Position numbers and translations under genes: made by a program
NCBI RefSeq assembly: GCF_009914755.1
Contig: NC_060925.1
Length of the DNA: 64,000 nt
Source of the DNA: the human T2T-CHM13v2.0 reference genome, Homo sapiens
Strand: one strand, 5' to 3'
In this document: positions 32,551 to 46,731 of the stretch, piece by piece
Numbering within the stretch: the stretch's first letter is position 1
Layout: each line of letters begins with the position of its first letter
The notes under the pieces: generated by a model
The model's input: only the letters and a program-made list of their open reading frames with translations
Told to the model about the DNA's origin: nothing
The model's database searches: none

Positions 32551-35500
32551 GTAGTTCCTTTGTGGTCAGAATTAGCTTTAAAACCCAACTGCACCATGTA
32601 CTAGCTACACCCTCTCTAAATCTCCATTTCTTAATACAATATTTGGGAGGTAATAATACATGTGGACAAGTACATAATTAGTTTTAAATACATGATGACT
32701 TCCCAGCCTTTCTAGTCTTTCGTATTTTTTCCCCTTTGAACGCTTAAGGCAATTCACTGATGTCAGGGGAAAGGAAATAATTAATTTATTTGTGTATTTG
32801 TTCATCCATTCATTCGTTTGTTCATTCAGTTCCATCAACAGGCTTTGAATACTTGCACTGCATTAGGTGATAAACAGAAATGAGTAAGTTATGGTCCCTG
32901 CTCTCAAAGGAATTACAGCTTGAGAACACATTCATAAGAAACTAACCGTAGTTAGGATGTGATACTTCCTTGAAGTCCCTAAGTTGGACCTGCTAATTTA
33001 GCACTTTCTCTTTTGGGAGGTCCTTGCTACATTTTGTAGCTAGGGTATAAGAAAAAAGGAAGAAGGAACTTCAACATTGTATCTCAGTGCTCTCACACAG
33101 AATGTGAGAAGGCATTTACAAATCTGTAGTGTCTAGATTGGAAGGCTTGAGGTAAGAGGATGGCTGCATCATGCCAAATATTCCCATTAATCTGACTAAA
33201 ACAATCAGCTGATCAATAAAAAGCCCCAGTTGTTGGTTTAGCTTAATCACTTGTGGATCTAAATAATTGCTCAGTTTAGTTTGCATTATTTAGTCTTAAA
33301 GGCTACTTACCATCTTAAAAATGCAAACTTAATGGTAAGAACCATTAATGAAAATAGTAACCATTAATGACTCCTGTTCTCAAAATTTCAGTTTAAAAAG
33401 ACATTTCTTTTGTTCAGGTGGCTCCCTGGTAAGCATTTAGATACAAGTGGAAGAATATTAATTTAAACCTTAGGGGTTCTTTTCAGTCTATGTTAGTTTC
33501 TTTAAGAATCTAACTTCAAAGAAATTATATATGTTCCAGGGAGAACAGAGTACAGTACATTATTTTCAAAGACTTTAGTTGCCATTATATATATTTTCTT
33601 CTTTTTTAAAAAAGACTCATGAGTAACATTTTTCAATTTTTAATAGTTAATAAGCTCAATTCAGATTGCTTGCATTGGAAATGAGAAAATTATAAAGAAT
33701 TCTAAAGATTTGTCCCAGGGAACATGATTTTTAAAATGTCAGTGGAAATCAATAAAGATGGTTTGATTTTTAATTATGTTAATGCAAAAATATCTGCAAA
33801 AATAAAACACCCCAAAAACAACTAAAAAGAAAGAAAAGCCCTCTAGATTTTTGAATTCTGAGGCTCTCAGAGACATTGGAAATGTTGAAAACAGCTTCAT
33901 TACTTGTACTGGAAGTTTCTGAAATAGAGTGCAAGAATCAACATTTTTTCCCCTAAAATATTCCATCTTTAACGCGGAAGCTTCTAATGTCAGGGAAATC
34001 TATGCGTTTTGAGTCATGATATGGCTATAATAGATCATCAATTTCTTTTGTCATTGAATTTAGTAAAGAGGTAATAAAAGAGAAAATTAGATACTTAAGA
34101 ATTTGACCATTTTTTAAGCTCTAGGAAAAAATGTCTTACCTTTTCCCATTTTAACCCTTGCCCCACCACTACTCAACTATGCTGTTTCTTTTTCTTCCAT
34201 GGCTGTCCTTTACTAGGAAGTCTCAGAATTCAGTTATCAGAATTCTTTTCTCACTAATGCTTGACAGAGTTTTTGTTATGTTCCTTCCCAGGACTTCTTT
34301 TCCCTCTCAGATAATAGAATGCTTTGCAATCTAAGAAAACAAATAATTTGTGTTGAGAAAAGGACAGAACTTCTATACTTGGCAAAAAGAGGCAGTTTAA
34401 AATTCCAAAAAGATTTTTCCTGATGAGGCCAATTTGAAAGAAGGACATTTATACTCCGTGCAAACAGTTGACGTTGCCAGTAAACATGATAGATCGCTTT
34501 AGCTGTTATTGCTGCTGATGTTTGAACAAAAGCTATTCTGGTCACTATCTATCTTCCCTGTTTAGAAAAAAAAAAAAAAAGATTTTATATATATATATAT
34601 GTAGTAAGATCTGAAGTGCCAAGCTAGAAAAAGTAATTTTGCTCCCATGAGGAGGCTGGCTGATTCATAGTAATTATAACCAAAATTATTCCTATGAAGT
34701 TAAAAGATTTTTGTAAGTATATATAATATTCAAACAAAAATACCAAAGTCAGCAAAGTGTGTAGCTCCTTTTGCCAATTGAATTATAATTGCCCTCTGTT
34801 TATCACCCCCAAAACCATCATGACATGGGTTCAAACTACCTTTCCAGCTTTATTGTGTTTCACTATTCATTTTCTACTCCTACTTCTGTGCTTCCTCCAA
34901 ACAGAAGAACTGCACAGAAAAATGGTGCAAGATTTTTTGGTTCTGTACCTTTCCTTGTATTTTTCCTCAGCCCATATCATCCTCCTGCCAAAACTCTGCC
35001 AATTCTTTAAGATCTAACTCATGTGGCATGCTAAAATAGAAACAATAGGATTATACAGATTTAACACTTTCTTTTTCTCTAGAGGGTCAGGGAGGTCACT
35101 GGCTGGCTCAGTAATATTGGGAGTCTTCTGTGTGGCTATGGCTGAGTGCTCTAAGGTGGACACTGGTTCCCAGCAGGGCCAATCTGATTCTGTCAATGAG
35201 ATATTGGAACTTGACTAGAGAGATCCAGGTCCCCCTGGGAGCACAGTCATCTTAGTGACTAATAATTTGCTAATGAGATTTCTCTTTCTATTGTACTATT
35301 ATTTAAAAACTTGTCTTATTTTTTCCTACATGACTCTGAATGTTCTGTGGGAGGGACATTGTTTTGCTTATTATTTAAAATTCATTTTAAATTTCTTTAT
35401 GATACCTGGCATAGTGCCCTGCATGGGCAGAAGGCTGGTTTCATCCCCTTCCTGGAATCCAAAGCATTTCTTGTTGAACTGGTGGATTGAGCATAAGCAC

Positions 35501-35589
35501 TGAATGTGTGGGGCACAGAAGGGACAGGGCAGAGGATTTCATGGAAACAGTGGGTGTCTGTGGGCAGTCACTAGCCATGGAATTGAAAT

Positions 35590-36150
35590 TGAGGTGGAAG
35601 TAAGTAAAAATATTTTACCCCAAAATATAGTGACATATTTTTGAGATGGCTGTTCAGAGAGCCAGCAAACAGCAGTAGCCCTGCAAATGTGTCTTTTGGT
35701 TGGGAGATTTGCATCTGTAGAGAATCTGCATTGATGCAGTCAGGCCTTCCCATGTCCAGATTTAGGAAAGATTGACTGAGAGTCTGATACCTTGAAAGCT
35801 CTGAAAGACACATTTACCATCTGTTTTATCTGAGGGCTGCTACCTGTGGGATTTCATTTACATAAGGAGACCACTTTTTGCTAGCCAGGCCTCCTCTTCT
35901 CCTTATCTTAAAACCTATTTTGCCATTGTAACCTGTCTTGCTATGATCTGAGCCCCCATTCTTTCTGTAACTTCAAGATGGTATACAAGCTTCTGCACCC
36001 CTTTGGGCATGGGGTAATCACTATATTATTCTCCCTTGTGTGCATGTTAATACATTTGTGTGCCTTTCCTCCAATTCATCTGCCTTTTGTGAGTTAATTT
36101 TTTAATGAACCTTTAGAGAGTGAAGGGGAAGTTTTCCCTTGGCCCCTACA
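35590..36150 (+). mobile_element. MER34-like ERV1 solo LTR
   Basis: Starts 'aatattttaccccaaaatat...gacatatttttgagatggctgttcagag' and ends 'gaaggggaagttttcccttggcccctaca'. Confidence 0.8.
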
Positions 36151-36227
36151 AGGTCAATTCTTATCAGCTTTCTCAAGGGCAGCTAACATCCAGTTCTCTC
36201 TACAAACCAATCTTGCCATCTTCCCAC

Positions 36228-36692
36228 CGTGAACCGCGAAAATCTGAAACAGGTCTGTTAATTAGTAAGTTTATTTTGCCAAGGTTGAGGACATGTGCCC
36301 ATGACACAGCCTCAGGAGGTCCTGATGACGTGTGCCCAAAGTGGTCAGAGCACAGTTTGGGTTTATGCATTCTAGGGAGACATGAGACATCAGTCAACAT
36401 ATGCAAGATGAACATTGGTTCCGTCTGGAAAGGTGGGACAACTGGAAGCAGAGGTGGGAAGACTGGAAGCAGAGAGGGGCCTTTCAGGTCACAGGTAGAT
36501 AAGAGATGGTTGCACTCTTTTGAGTTTCTGATTAGCCTGTCTAGAGGAGGTAATCAGATATGCATTTTTCTTAGTGAGCAGAGGGGTGACTTTGAATAGA
36601 ATGTGAGGCAGGTTGGCCCTACGTAGTTCCCAGCTTGACTTTTCCCTCTAGCTTAGTGATTTGGGGGCCCAAAGATTTATTTTCCTTTCACA
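36228..36692 (-). mobile_element. MER4A-type solo LTR
   Basis: The reverse strand begins TGTGAAAGGAAAATAAATCTTTGGGCCCCCAAATCACTAAGCT. 4-bp TSD CCAC at 36224-36227 and 36693-36696. Confidence 0.88.
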
Positions 36693-37966
36693 CCACCAAC
36701 ACTTGTTCCCACTTCTTCCAGTCTCCCTACACTATTTCATTGTAGTGACATACCTTGCCAATGTCCAAACACTGGCAAATTTTTATTCAGCAGAAGTTAT
36801 GCATAATATGCCCAAATCAGTTATTTCTAACCCTGACTTTTTGTTTTTTTAACCAATTTAAGTTGGCTTCTGGGGAGCCTGGACTCCATTTAACATTTAG
36901 AATTATTAAATACAGCCCAATAATGATCTTACTGCACCCCAGCTGTTTCAAAAAATCATTGTCATTTCATGCAGAATTATGGATACCCAGTGCACTGTTT
37001 GTTTAGGCCAAGCAGTCTCATTTTAATGGGGAGCCATTATGTTTGCCTTCAGGGAAGGTTTTCGTTTTATTTACACATGCTACTATGAGAAAAATGAGGT
37101 TGTGTGGGTTAAGGGTGATTAATGATAGCATTTCCAGGACTCAGGGATCCCCAGGGAAATAATCTGAGTTCTGCATAGGAGTCCAATGTCCCCTCAAGGT
37201 TGTCTGTTGACTAAACAACAACCCTGGCTTTCACCAGTCATTGGATTTTTTTATTGTTGTTTGCTTGCTTGCTTGCTCTGGTAGTAGATATTCTTGTCAT
37301 TAGTGCTTCATTTTCCACCTGTGTTTTAATCAGGCTTTCCAGAGAATGGAAAGGACTGGACAGGAGATTCTGAGGCAGTGAGTTAACAACTACATGTTCC
37401 ACTGTCACCACTAAGGCTAAAGGTGGCAGTGACATGGCACCAGTTTCCAGCTCTTCCCTGCCTTCTATTGTCCTTTTAATTATCCTCAAATAAATGTGTC
37501 ATTGGGAGGCTGACGATCCTCTCACATCTTCTTGTTATTTAGAAAACTGAAAGGTGTTCTAATATCAATTGAAATTATCATTTGTTCTCTTACAAATACA
37601 TTTTAAGAAATGATTTTGATCAATATAGACTGATTTGGTTATTCTGCCCCAATTCATATTGGGATTATATTTTCTAATTTGGATATTTACAGTAATCACA
37701 GTAGTGATGAGGTAGGTCAAGGCATTAAAAGAGAGGAAAGCAGTGCAATAGAGTGCATAAAATAGTGAGAGAAGGAGTACATAAGGGAGAGCCTAAGTGG
37801 GGAGCAATGGAAAGTCTGAGGCTGTGCCCACAAATAGCACGAGAAGGAGGCAGATGGCACAGGGATTCCGAGTTAGACTGCGAGGGAACCAGAGTTGTTG
37901 GTAAAGTAGGTAGTCAGATATCCAGGCAGACACATGGGGCTGGGTTGAGATCGGCTGGGGTCACAC

Positions 37967-38600
37967 TGATGCAGGAGCTCAAAAGAAATTATTTAGGCAG
38001 AGGAGTGAGAGTAAGAGAGTCCTCGGCAGAGCTTCCCTTTAATAAAAAGCAGCCCCCAAATTATTTCTTTTCTAATGAAAAGCAGACTGATACATCAAGC
38101 TGCAGACAATAGATAAGCGAGCTGGAAGCTTGCACAGGTGAATGCTGGCAGCTGTGCCAATGTGAAAGGGCTACCTGGAAGCCAGGCATGTTCAACATGG
38201 AGGCTTCGTCTTCCTTTTTCTTTGTCAGCATGTGTGTAGTAAGGAACAGACAACATGGTGCCCACCAGGTAGAAAGCCCGTCTACATAATAAAAGATTAG
38301 GGTGGGGGTGGCCAGATTCTTGTGTGCTATGCAAATGGCACACCTGGTCCAACCCATCTTTCCTCCCCTATGTAAATCAGAAACCAGTTCCTCAAGCTCT
38401 CTGTAAAACCCCATGCATTTCACCACAGGACTAGCAACCCATTTTTCTCTGGGACCCCTCTCTTTGCAGCAGAGAGGGCTGCTTTTTTTTTGTCTATTAA
38501 GCTTCTGCTCTTAACTTCACTCTGGTGTGTCTGTGTCCTAGTTTTCATGGCCATGGGACAATGAACCGTGGCTATTACCCCAGACAATGACACTGCTTCA
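37967..38600 (+). mobile_element. LTR9-like ERV1 solo LTR
   Basis: TGATGCAGGAGCTCAAAAGAAATTATTTAGGCAG...GCTTCA, with 4-bp TSD ACAC at 37963-37966 and 38601-38604. Confidence 0.85.
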
Positions 38601-38640
38601 ACACCACGAAGAGGAAACTAGGATGTAAATCCAGAGGGAG

Positions 38641-39019
<379 letters not shown>

Positions 39020-39316
39020 TTAGTTAATGGGGTCAAACTAAGCTCAGACCCAGGACCTTTATCCCAGCAGGGACAGAGGGAAGCTTGTGATTTTAAAGCT
39101 TCAAAGAGCAAGCAGCTAGTGGAGGCAGGCAGATCAGCAGTGTGAGAAGGTTGTGTCCATAGGCACAACAGCCTGGTTTACCCAGATGACAGGCAGAGTC
39201 TCTGACAAACAGGCAAAAGTCTGTCAGTGATGAATTGAGGTATTAGTTAAATATTGCCTTCTGCTAGGCAATACTGTCTCAATTTTGCCTCTTGGTATAC
39301 TTGTCTGTCCAGACAC

Positions 39317-40300
39317 TGTTACCAAACGGAACTGGGGTCTGCTCACTCACCAGGCACAGGAAAGCCAAACAAGCAGCACCAAGATTTTGCAGTGGGAGAA
39401 AGGAGGGCATTTATTTGCAGGGTGCCAAGCAAGGAGAATCAGGCAGCTAATGCTTAAGTCCCGACATCCCCGATGGCTGGCAAGCAATGGTTTTTATAGT
39501 CAGGAGTAAATTTCAGGAAAGCAGAAGTTACAGGCAAAATCATAAACCAATACATGGAGATTATACATTGGTTTGGCCTAAAAGGTAGGATATCTTGAAG
39601 TCAAGAGGGGGTATTCCAGGTCATAGGTGGATTCAAAGACTCTCTGATTTGTGATTGGTTAAGGAAATGAAGCTTTGTCTAAAATCTTGAGGTCAGCAGA
39701 AAAGAATATTAAGGTCTGTTCTACGGGTGTGACTTCCACCAGGCCCCTCAGGAAGAAATTTAGAACAAAGAAAGGCAGTCAGAGTTCAGTCTTCAGTTCC
39801 CTCTCACGTGAGGTCTGTGTGCCAGTGAATCAATTTGGTGGGGGTCCAGGTTTCTGAAAAACAACTCAGGGATGTTAGATTTTTATCTTTAGTTTCTTTT
39901 TCTTTTTTTTTTTTTTTTTTTTTTTTTTTGAGACAAGGTCTCACTCTGTTGCTCAGGCTGGAGTGCAGTGGTGCAATGCAATCACGACTCACTGTAGCCT
40001 CGATCTCCTGGACTCAAGCAATTCTCCCACCTCAGCCACCTGAGTAGCTGGGACTACAGGTGCATGTCACCATGCCCACCTATCTTTAGTTTCTATAGGG
40101 AACCAAACATTTTGTGATTCTAGCTTCCTTGGCTATTGTTTTAAGCTATTATTACTTTCTTGCTTATCAGGTTGCTCATTTACTTCTCGGAGCTGGCTAG
40201 GTGCCTGGAATTTCCTTGAAGGAACTCAAGTTTTTCCTTTATTTCCTTGCTTGCCTCCTTGCCCTGGCAAGCCTCTAAGAGGGGTCCCTGCTCCATCTCA
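39317..40300 (-). mobile_element. ERV1 (MER4-group, MER66/LTR29-like) solo LTR, interrupted by an Alu half
   Basis: TG...CA termini; the reverse strand begins TGAGATGGAGCAGGGACCCCTCTTAG. 4-bp TSD ACAC at 39313-39316 and 40301-40304. The subfamily is uncertain. Confidence 0.8.
39898..40080 (-). mobile_element. Alu right arm only (5'-truncated AluJ or FRAM-like)
   Basis: Long T run plus right arm. Perfect 14-bp TSD TATCTTTAGTTTCT at 39884-39897 and 40081-40094. Confidence 0.92.
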
Positions 40301-40695
40301 ACACCATCTCAATACCTTCTCAAGAGCAGAGTTGTGTCTTATTCTTTGTGTCTTTACCCTCAAGCATAGTTCTTGGCATAGGGATGTATTTAGGACATTT
40401 AATGAAATTACTTCAATCAAGGACTGACTCCGAGGCAATGAACCAGGGGCTTCGAGAAGCAGAGGCCCCCAAATATGGAGAAGACCTGTGACAAGACTAA
40501 CTCAATGCTGGGCATGTGCATAATTGCTCTAGGACTTATGTCAACATTTGGGGTCAGGATTGGGCCTAAACTCTGGAATATGGCTATACTCACAGATGTG
40601 TAGTAAAGAAACCATAATAGTGGGAATCTGATTGATAGAATTTTTTTTTTTTGTAATGACTATCTCAAAGGAGATAAAAAGCAGAAAATATGATT

Positions 40696-41138
40696 GTATC
40701 AGTTACCTTTTGTTGTCTAACAGTCCATTCCAAAATTTAGTGGCTTAAAATAATAAGCATTTGTTATAGATTTGTAGTCAAGACTGGTTCAACTGGGGCT
40801 TGATAGTGTCCAGTGGCCTCACCCACACATATGGCATTCAGAGACTGGTTGATCCCAAGAGGAGGCCTCAGTTGAGGCAGCCTATCACTGCTGCATAAGG
40901 CCTCTCCTCTTTCAGCAGGCTAATTTAGACCTTTCACATGATGATTTCAAGGTTCCAAGTCTCTGCTTATATTTGCTATTGTCTCACTGGCCAAGTCAGG
41001 ATAAGGGCCAAGCCTACATTCAGGTGGAAGAGAAATAGAGTCCAACCCTTGGTGGGAGAAACTACAGAAATCACACTGTAAAGAACTGTGCTTACAGGGA
41101 TGGGAAGCATTTAGGGCCACCTTTTGCAACCTACCTCA
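40696..41138 (-). mobile_element. MLT1-type MaLR LTR
   Basis: From 'tgtatcagttacc...caaaatttagtggcttaaaa' to 'gggccaccttttgcaacctacc'. Confidence 0.7.
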
Positions 41139-41486
41139 ATAATTTTGTAGGTACTGTTTATGTTTCAGTTGTACAGTTTTATAAGGAACAGAAGAAAAAG
41201 AAGATCAAAGACTAGGAGATATTATAGCAAAGAAAATATTCTGTAGGAGGCAAATTAATAATGTGAAAAATACATTTATTTCTTGTAGTAACGTAGGCGT
41301 GATCTGGGGGGTCTTGGCTTTGCTAAATAACATATTTGAGTTAATGTGCTGGCTATTTCTGTAATTTTTGACAAATTAGTTTGGTGTCTGCCATGCTTCT
41401 TCACTGTAGAATTACTCTTTTTCCCTTTCTATATTTTGTTCTTTGGAATTGAGTCATTAAGTCCTGCCTACCTTCTAAAAAAGGAG

Positions 41487-41800
41487 AACATGGATGGAGC
41501 TGGAGGCTATTATCCTTAGCAAACTAACGCAGGGACAGAAAACCAAATATGATTGTATTCTTGCTTATAAATGGGAGCTAAATGATAAGAATTTATGAAC
41601 ACAAAGAAGGAAGCAACAGACACTGGGGTCTACTTGACCCCAGGAGGGTCAGGGGAGGGAGAGGAGCAGAAAAGATAACAGTTGGGTACTAGGCTTAATA
41701 CCTGGGTGGTGAAATAATCTCTACAACAAACCCTCGAGACATAAGTTTACCTGTGTAACAAACCTTCATTTGTACCCTTGAACCTAAAAGTTAAAAAGAG
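41487..41800 (+). mobile_element. 5'-truncated L1PA15/16-like 3' end
   Basis: 'acatggatggagctggaggctattatccttagcaaactaacgcagggacagaaaaccaaata...gaacctaaaagttaaaaa'. Confidence 0.88.
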
Positions 41801-42560
41801 AAAAAGAAGAGAATTAAGCTTCACTGTCCATAGGGGCAGTATGTACATATATTATATGGAATTCTTCTGCAAAGAAGAGTTGTTCTCTTTTCTGATTTCT
41901 TTTTAATGTCTCTGGGATCTTAGGAATGGCCTCCTTTTCATTCTTGAGATTATTTATACTCTCTTTCTTTTTTTTGTTTAGTCCTGTTTGGGTTTATACA
42001 TTTTATATACCTTTGAAAAGAAACAACATTAGTTTTAATGAAACTCCGTTTCTATTTTTCTCTGTTGTATGTTTGTTTTCTATTTATTTTCTTTATTGTT
42101 TTATTGATCCTACATTCTTTGTTTTACATTTGCTGTTTATTTTCTAGCTTTTGGAGTTGAATTATTAGTGCATTGATTTTTCAGTCTTTCTTCTTTAATA
42201 ATATTTTTATTTAAAACTACAAGTTTTCCAGAAAGCATGGGTTAAGCTGCAGTCCACAAGTTTTGGTATGTCTTACTTACACTAGTATTTAGTTAAAAAT
42301 ACCTTGTAATTTTCATTGTGATTTTTTTCTATGACCCATATCTAAGATTGTTGGTTTCCAAATATTTGAAGATGTTCTGGCTACCTTTTTGTTATTGAAT
42401 TCTAGCTTATTCCACTATGCTTGGAAAAAATAATCTATGAGATTTCAATACTGAATATTTTGAGGCTTGGTTTAGGCCCCATTTATGGCTAACTTCAGCA
42501 AATGTTCTGTGTATATTTTAAAAGAAGGTGTATTTGACAGCTGTTCGGTGTTCTTTTCTT

Positions 42561-43308
42561 TTATGAGCCCAAAAGTGTCTGAGACAGGTCTCAATCAATT
42601 TGGAAAGTTTATTTTGCCAAGATTAAGGACGTGCCCCTGACAGCCTCAAGAGGTCCTGACAACATATGCCGAAGGTGGCTGGGGTATAGCTTGGTTGTAT
42701 ATTTGGGTTACATTTTAGGGAGACATGAGACATCAATCAATATGTGTAAGATATACATTGGTTCAGTCCACAAAGGCAGAACAACTTGAAGTGGGGGTCT
42801 TCTAGGCGGTAAGTAGATAAGAGACAGAAGGCTGCATTTTTTGGGGTCTTTGGCCAGCCTTTCACTAAATACACAATTTACATGTGGGAGGGGTAGAGAA
42901 ATAATCACTTATGCCCTAGTGTGGCTCAGTGAATCAGAGTGAATCTCAGTGAATGATGTAAATTTTTATATAAACAATAGGGTAGAGGAAACAATGTGAC
43001 AGGCATTTGTCTCAGGTGAGCAGGGGGATGACTTTGAGTTCTGTCCCTTGTCCCGCACCTGTGAAGATAAGCTACCAATTTTTACATTGCGGGGGAAAAT
43101 CCAACAGAACTTTTTTACGGTAAAGATCTTGTGGGCAAATTGTGAAGGAGTTATGTAGCTTTTTCTTTTCTTTTTTTTTTTTTTTTTTTAATCTTTTAGC
43201 TATTTTTTTTAGGAATAAAATGGGAGACAGTTTTGCCCGACACAGGTCCCAGCTTGACTTTCCCTTGGCCTAGTGATTTTGGGGTCCCAAGATTCATTTT
43301 TCTTTTAC
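42561..43308 (-). mobile_element. MER4-family solo LTR
   Basis: 'gtctgagacaggtctcaatcaatttggaaagtttattttgccaag'. The reverse strand begins TGTAAAAGAAAAATGAATCTTGGGACCCCAAAATCACTA. Confidence 0.85.
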
Positions 43309-43730
43309 AATATGTTAATCATAGCATGTATGTTAATTGTTTTAATTTTGTGTCTCTTCTGACTTATCTATTTTCTGTCAGTTTCTAAGAGAAGTGTGTT
43401 AATATCTCTAACTAGAAATGTACATTTGTCTACTTCTTTTAAGTTGTGTTATTTTAACTTAATGTATTATAGGCTATGTTATTTGGTGATTACAATTTTC
43501 AGATTGTTATATCCTTATTTAGAATTGACCATTATAAACCATCTTTTTTGATACCTAACAATACTTCTTCCCTTAAAATGTACTTATCTAATATTGGTAG
43601 AGTAGTGATCTTTCTTTTGATAAGTGTTTACATAATAAATCTTCTGTTTGGTTTTTTTTTTCCTTCAAACTTTCTGTGTCTCTCTTATAAGCAGCACATA
43701 GTAGAAGTGAAAATAAAAAACCCTAAATCT

Positions 43731-44030
43731 GGCCAGGCGCAGTGACTCACACCCGTAATCCCAGCACTTTGGGAGGCCAAGGCAGGCAGATCACTTGAGG
43801 CCAGGAGTTCAAGACCAGATTGGCCAATAATGTAAAACCCCATCTCTACTAAAAATACAAAATTAGCCAGGTGCGGTGGTGGGCACCTGTAATCCCAGCT
43901 ACTTAGGAGGCTGAGGCAGGAGAATCACTTGAACCTGGGAGGTGGAGGTTTCAGTGAGCTGAGATCTTGCTACTGCACTCCACACTGGGCAACACAGCGA
44001 GACTCTGTCTTAAAACAAAACAAAACAAAA
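43731..44030 (+). mobile_element. Alu (AluSx/Sz-like)
   Basis: Full dimer with an (AAAAC)n tail. Near-TSD accctaaatct / acccaaatct. Confidence 0.95.
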
Positions 44031-44985
44031 ACCCAAATCTCCAGTCTTACAAGCTTTTTTATTGGAGTACTTAAATTACACATATTTGGTAGAATACTGA
44101 TGTAATATTATTTATACCTGTCATCTGTTTCTTTTTTATTTGTCCCACCTGTTCTTTGCTTATTTTTCTCATTTCTTGTTTGTTTTTAGATTAGTCAAGT
44201 TGCTTTTAATTATTTTATTCTCCTTCTTTCACTTTATAATCATGCATGCTTTCATTATACTTCTAATGTTATTACAGAGATTAAAATATACATCACCTCA
44301 AAGAGTTTTAGTCTGGCTTGGAACTATATAAAATATAAGTTAGATAAGGTGATCAAACAAGTTTGCTGCTCAGACTTGCAGCAAATTGGACACTGTGAGT
44401 TTGTGAAAGCAAGAAGAGACAGTATTTATAATCATGCTGGGACAACAGACGCCAACTAGGCCTATCCTGGCCCAACTTCTTCCTATGGTTTTCTCTAGAT
44501 AAGGCACCAGGTAGTTAATAAAGTCACCATGTAAAAATCACGGACTGCTTATTTTAATCAAGGGGTAGTTCTAGATGCTGGGAGTCAAATAAGATAGTTT
44601 CTCCTTGCAGTATTTCATATTATGTTTTTAAACCTTAAAGTCCATATATCTGAGTCTTTTCCTTGTATTCTCAGAAAAAAAGTGTGTGTACTTTGGGGTG
44701 GGTAGAAGTAAGAGAAGAGTACTGGGTAGACAGAGAACCAAAGTGGAAAGAGGGTAAATCCAAGGAGGGGGAAACCCATGAACTGGTGCATGGTGTAGGC
44801 AGCTTAAAAATGAAGGATGAGGAGAAACGGATCACAGATAGCTGAAAGTTTTTCTAAACTATGAAGCTCTTATCTGGGAGGAAAAAGGCAAGAAACTCCT
44901 GGAGAGGGAGCAAGTTTAGGAAGCTACCAGGGTGAGGAGAGAGGAAGGCTAAGAACACAATCAAGATTCTTGAGGGAGAATATAA

Positions 44986-45275
<290 letters not shown>

Positions 45276-45956
45276 TTATTTAGGGAGAACATAGACATAG
45301 AACATAGACTCTGAGAAAGCTCCACAATCTGTTGAGACTCTGATTATGCCCTCTAGCCAGGATGATACACAGAAAAAAGACTCTATTTTTTGCAACACTG
45401 TTTCTTTCCCCCAAAATCATTATTAGAGCACAGTTGATTATGAGAGCTGCTTTATTCATTACTCTGGGGATATCAATAAACCATATAAATTTGTAAAACT
45501 CTTGTCTGCCTCAGGAAATATAAAGAACTTGTGATCAATGTTGAGTGTAAACAGATTGGGAAAGAGGCCTTGAGCAATGGTAATATTTTTACAGAGCTGT
45601 AAACTGTCAGTAAATGTATGTGTGAGTGTGTGTGATCATGCATTAGAATTTTTTTCTTTCCATTTCTTATCTCCATACTGCTAAGGGATTCATAACAGCA
45701 TCAGTTTTTATTTGCATTTAGTAAAGTTCTGAAAAACTCCATCAGCTAAATTAGATAAAACTCAAGTTACTAACCTTGCACTTCCATGCCAAGTCCTACT
45801 TGCCACCAGTCAAAATAACAAGGATTACAGTTACTCCACGTGTCTGATTCTTTGAGAAGTTGCTTTTGAGAAAATCCATTTTACCATCAGTGCCCAATTT
45901 AACTTGGGTTTTCCTCTTTCTGCCCAAAAACCTCTGTTAGATTAGAAAAATGCAAT

Positions 45957-46316
<360 letters not shown>

Positions 46317-46637
46317 CTAGGGGGTATGTCTGCTGCTTCAATTCAAACCATTTGGAAATCTTACCTGATGCCAGAAACAGGATGGGAGAGGCTAGCTAGA
46401 TTATTCTACTCTGCTACCAGGCATGGCATTCCCTTTGATGTTCCTAGGAGAGTTTTCCATGGGAGAGGCTGATACTAAGATTCTCTCTTCATTCCAGTAA
46501 AAGCAATCCATTTTTCCTTTCATCTGCATTAACATAACAGAAATCTTATTCACCTCAGAAACTTTGCCATGCAAAAAGACAGAAATCTTAGTTATCCACA
46601 TTTCCCTCTTCTGTTTGTCTTTAGAGGCAGCTGGTCT

Positions 46638-46641
<4 letters not shown>

Positions 46642-46730
<89 letters not shown>
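46642..46730. repeat. Compound microsatellite, about (GA)23(GT)21
   Basis: Directly visible and uninterrupted. Confidence 0.97.

Positions 46731-46731
<1 letters not shown>

Larger units (their letters stand above)
41900..44300 (-). mobile_element. Very old L1M fragment, interrupted by a MER4 LTR and an Alu
   Basis: T-rich degenerate antisense L1 text, e.g. 'gctgcagtccacaagttttggtatgt' and 'gagaagtgtgttaatatctctaacta'. Confidence 0.65.

Noticed and set aside
36120-36599. 159-aa ORF
   Set aside because: It spans the MER34 and MER4A LTR sequences, so it is a chance open frame.
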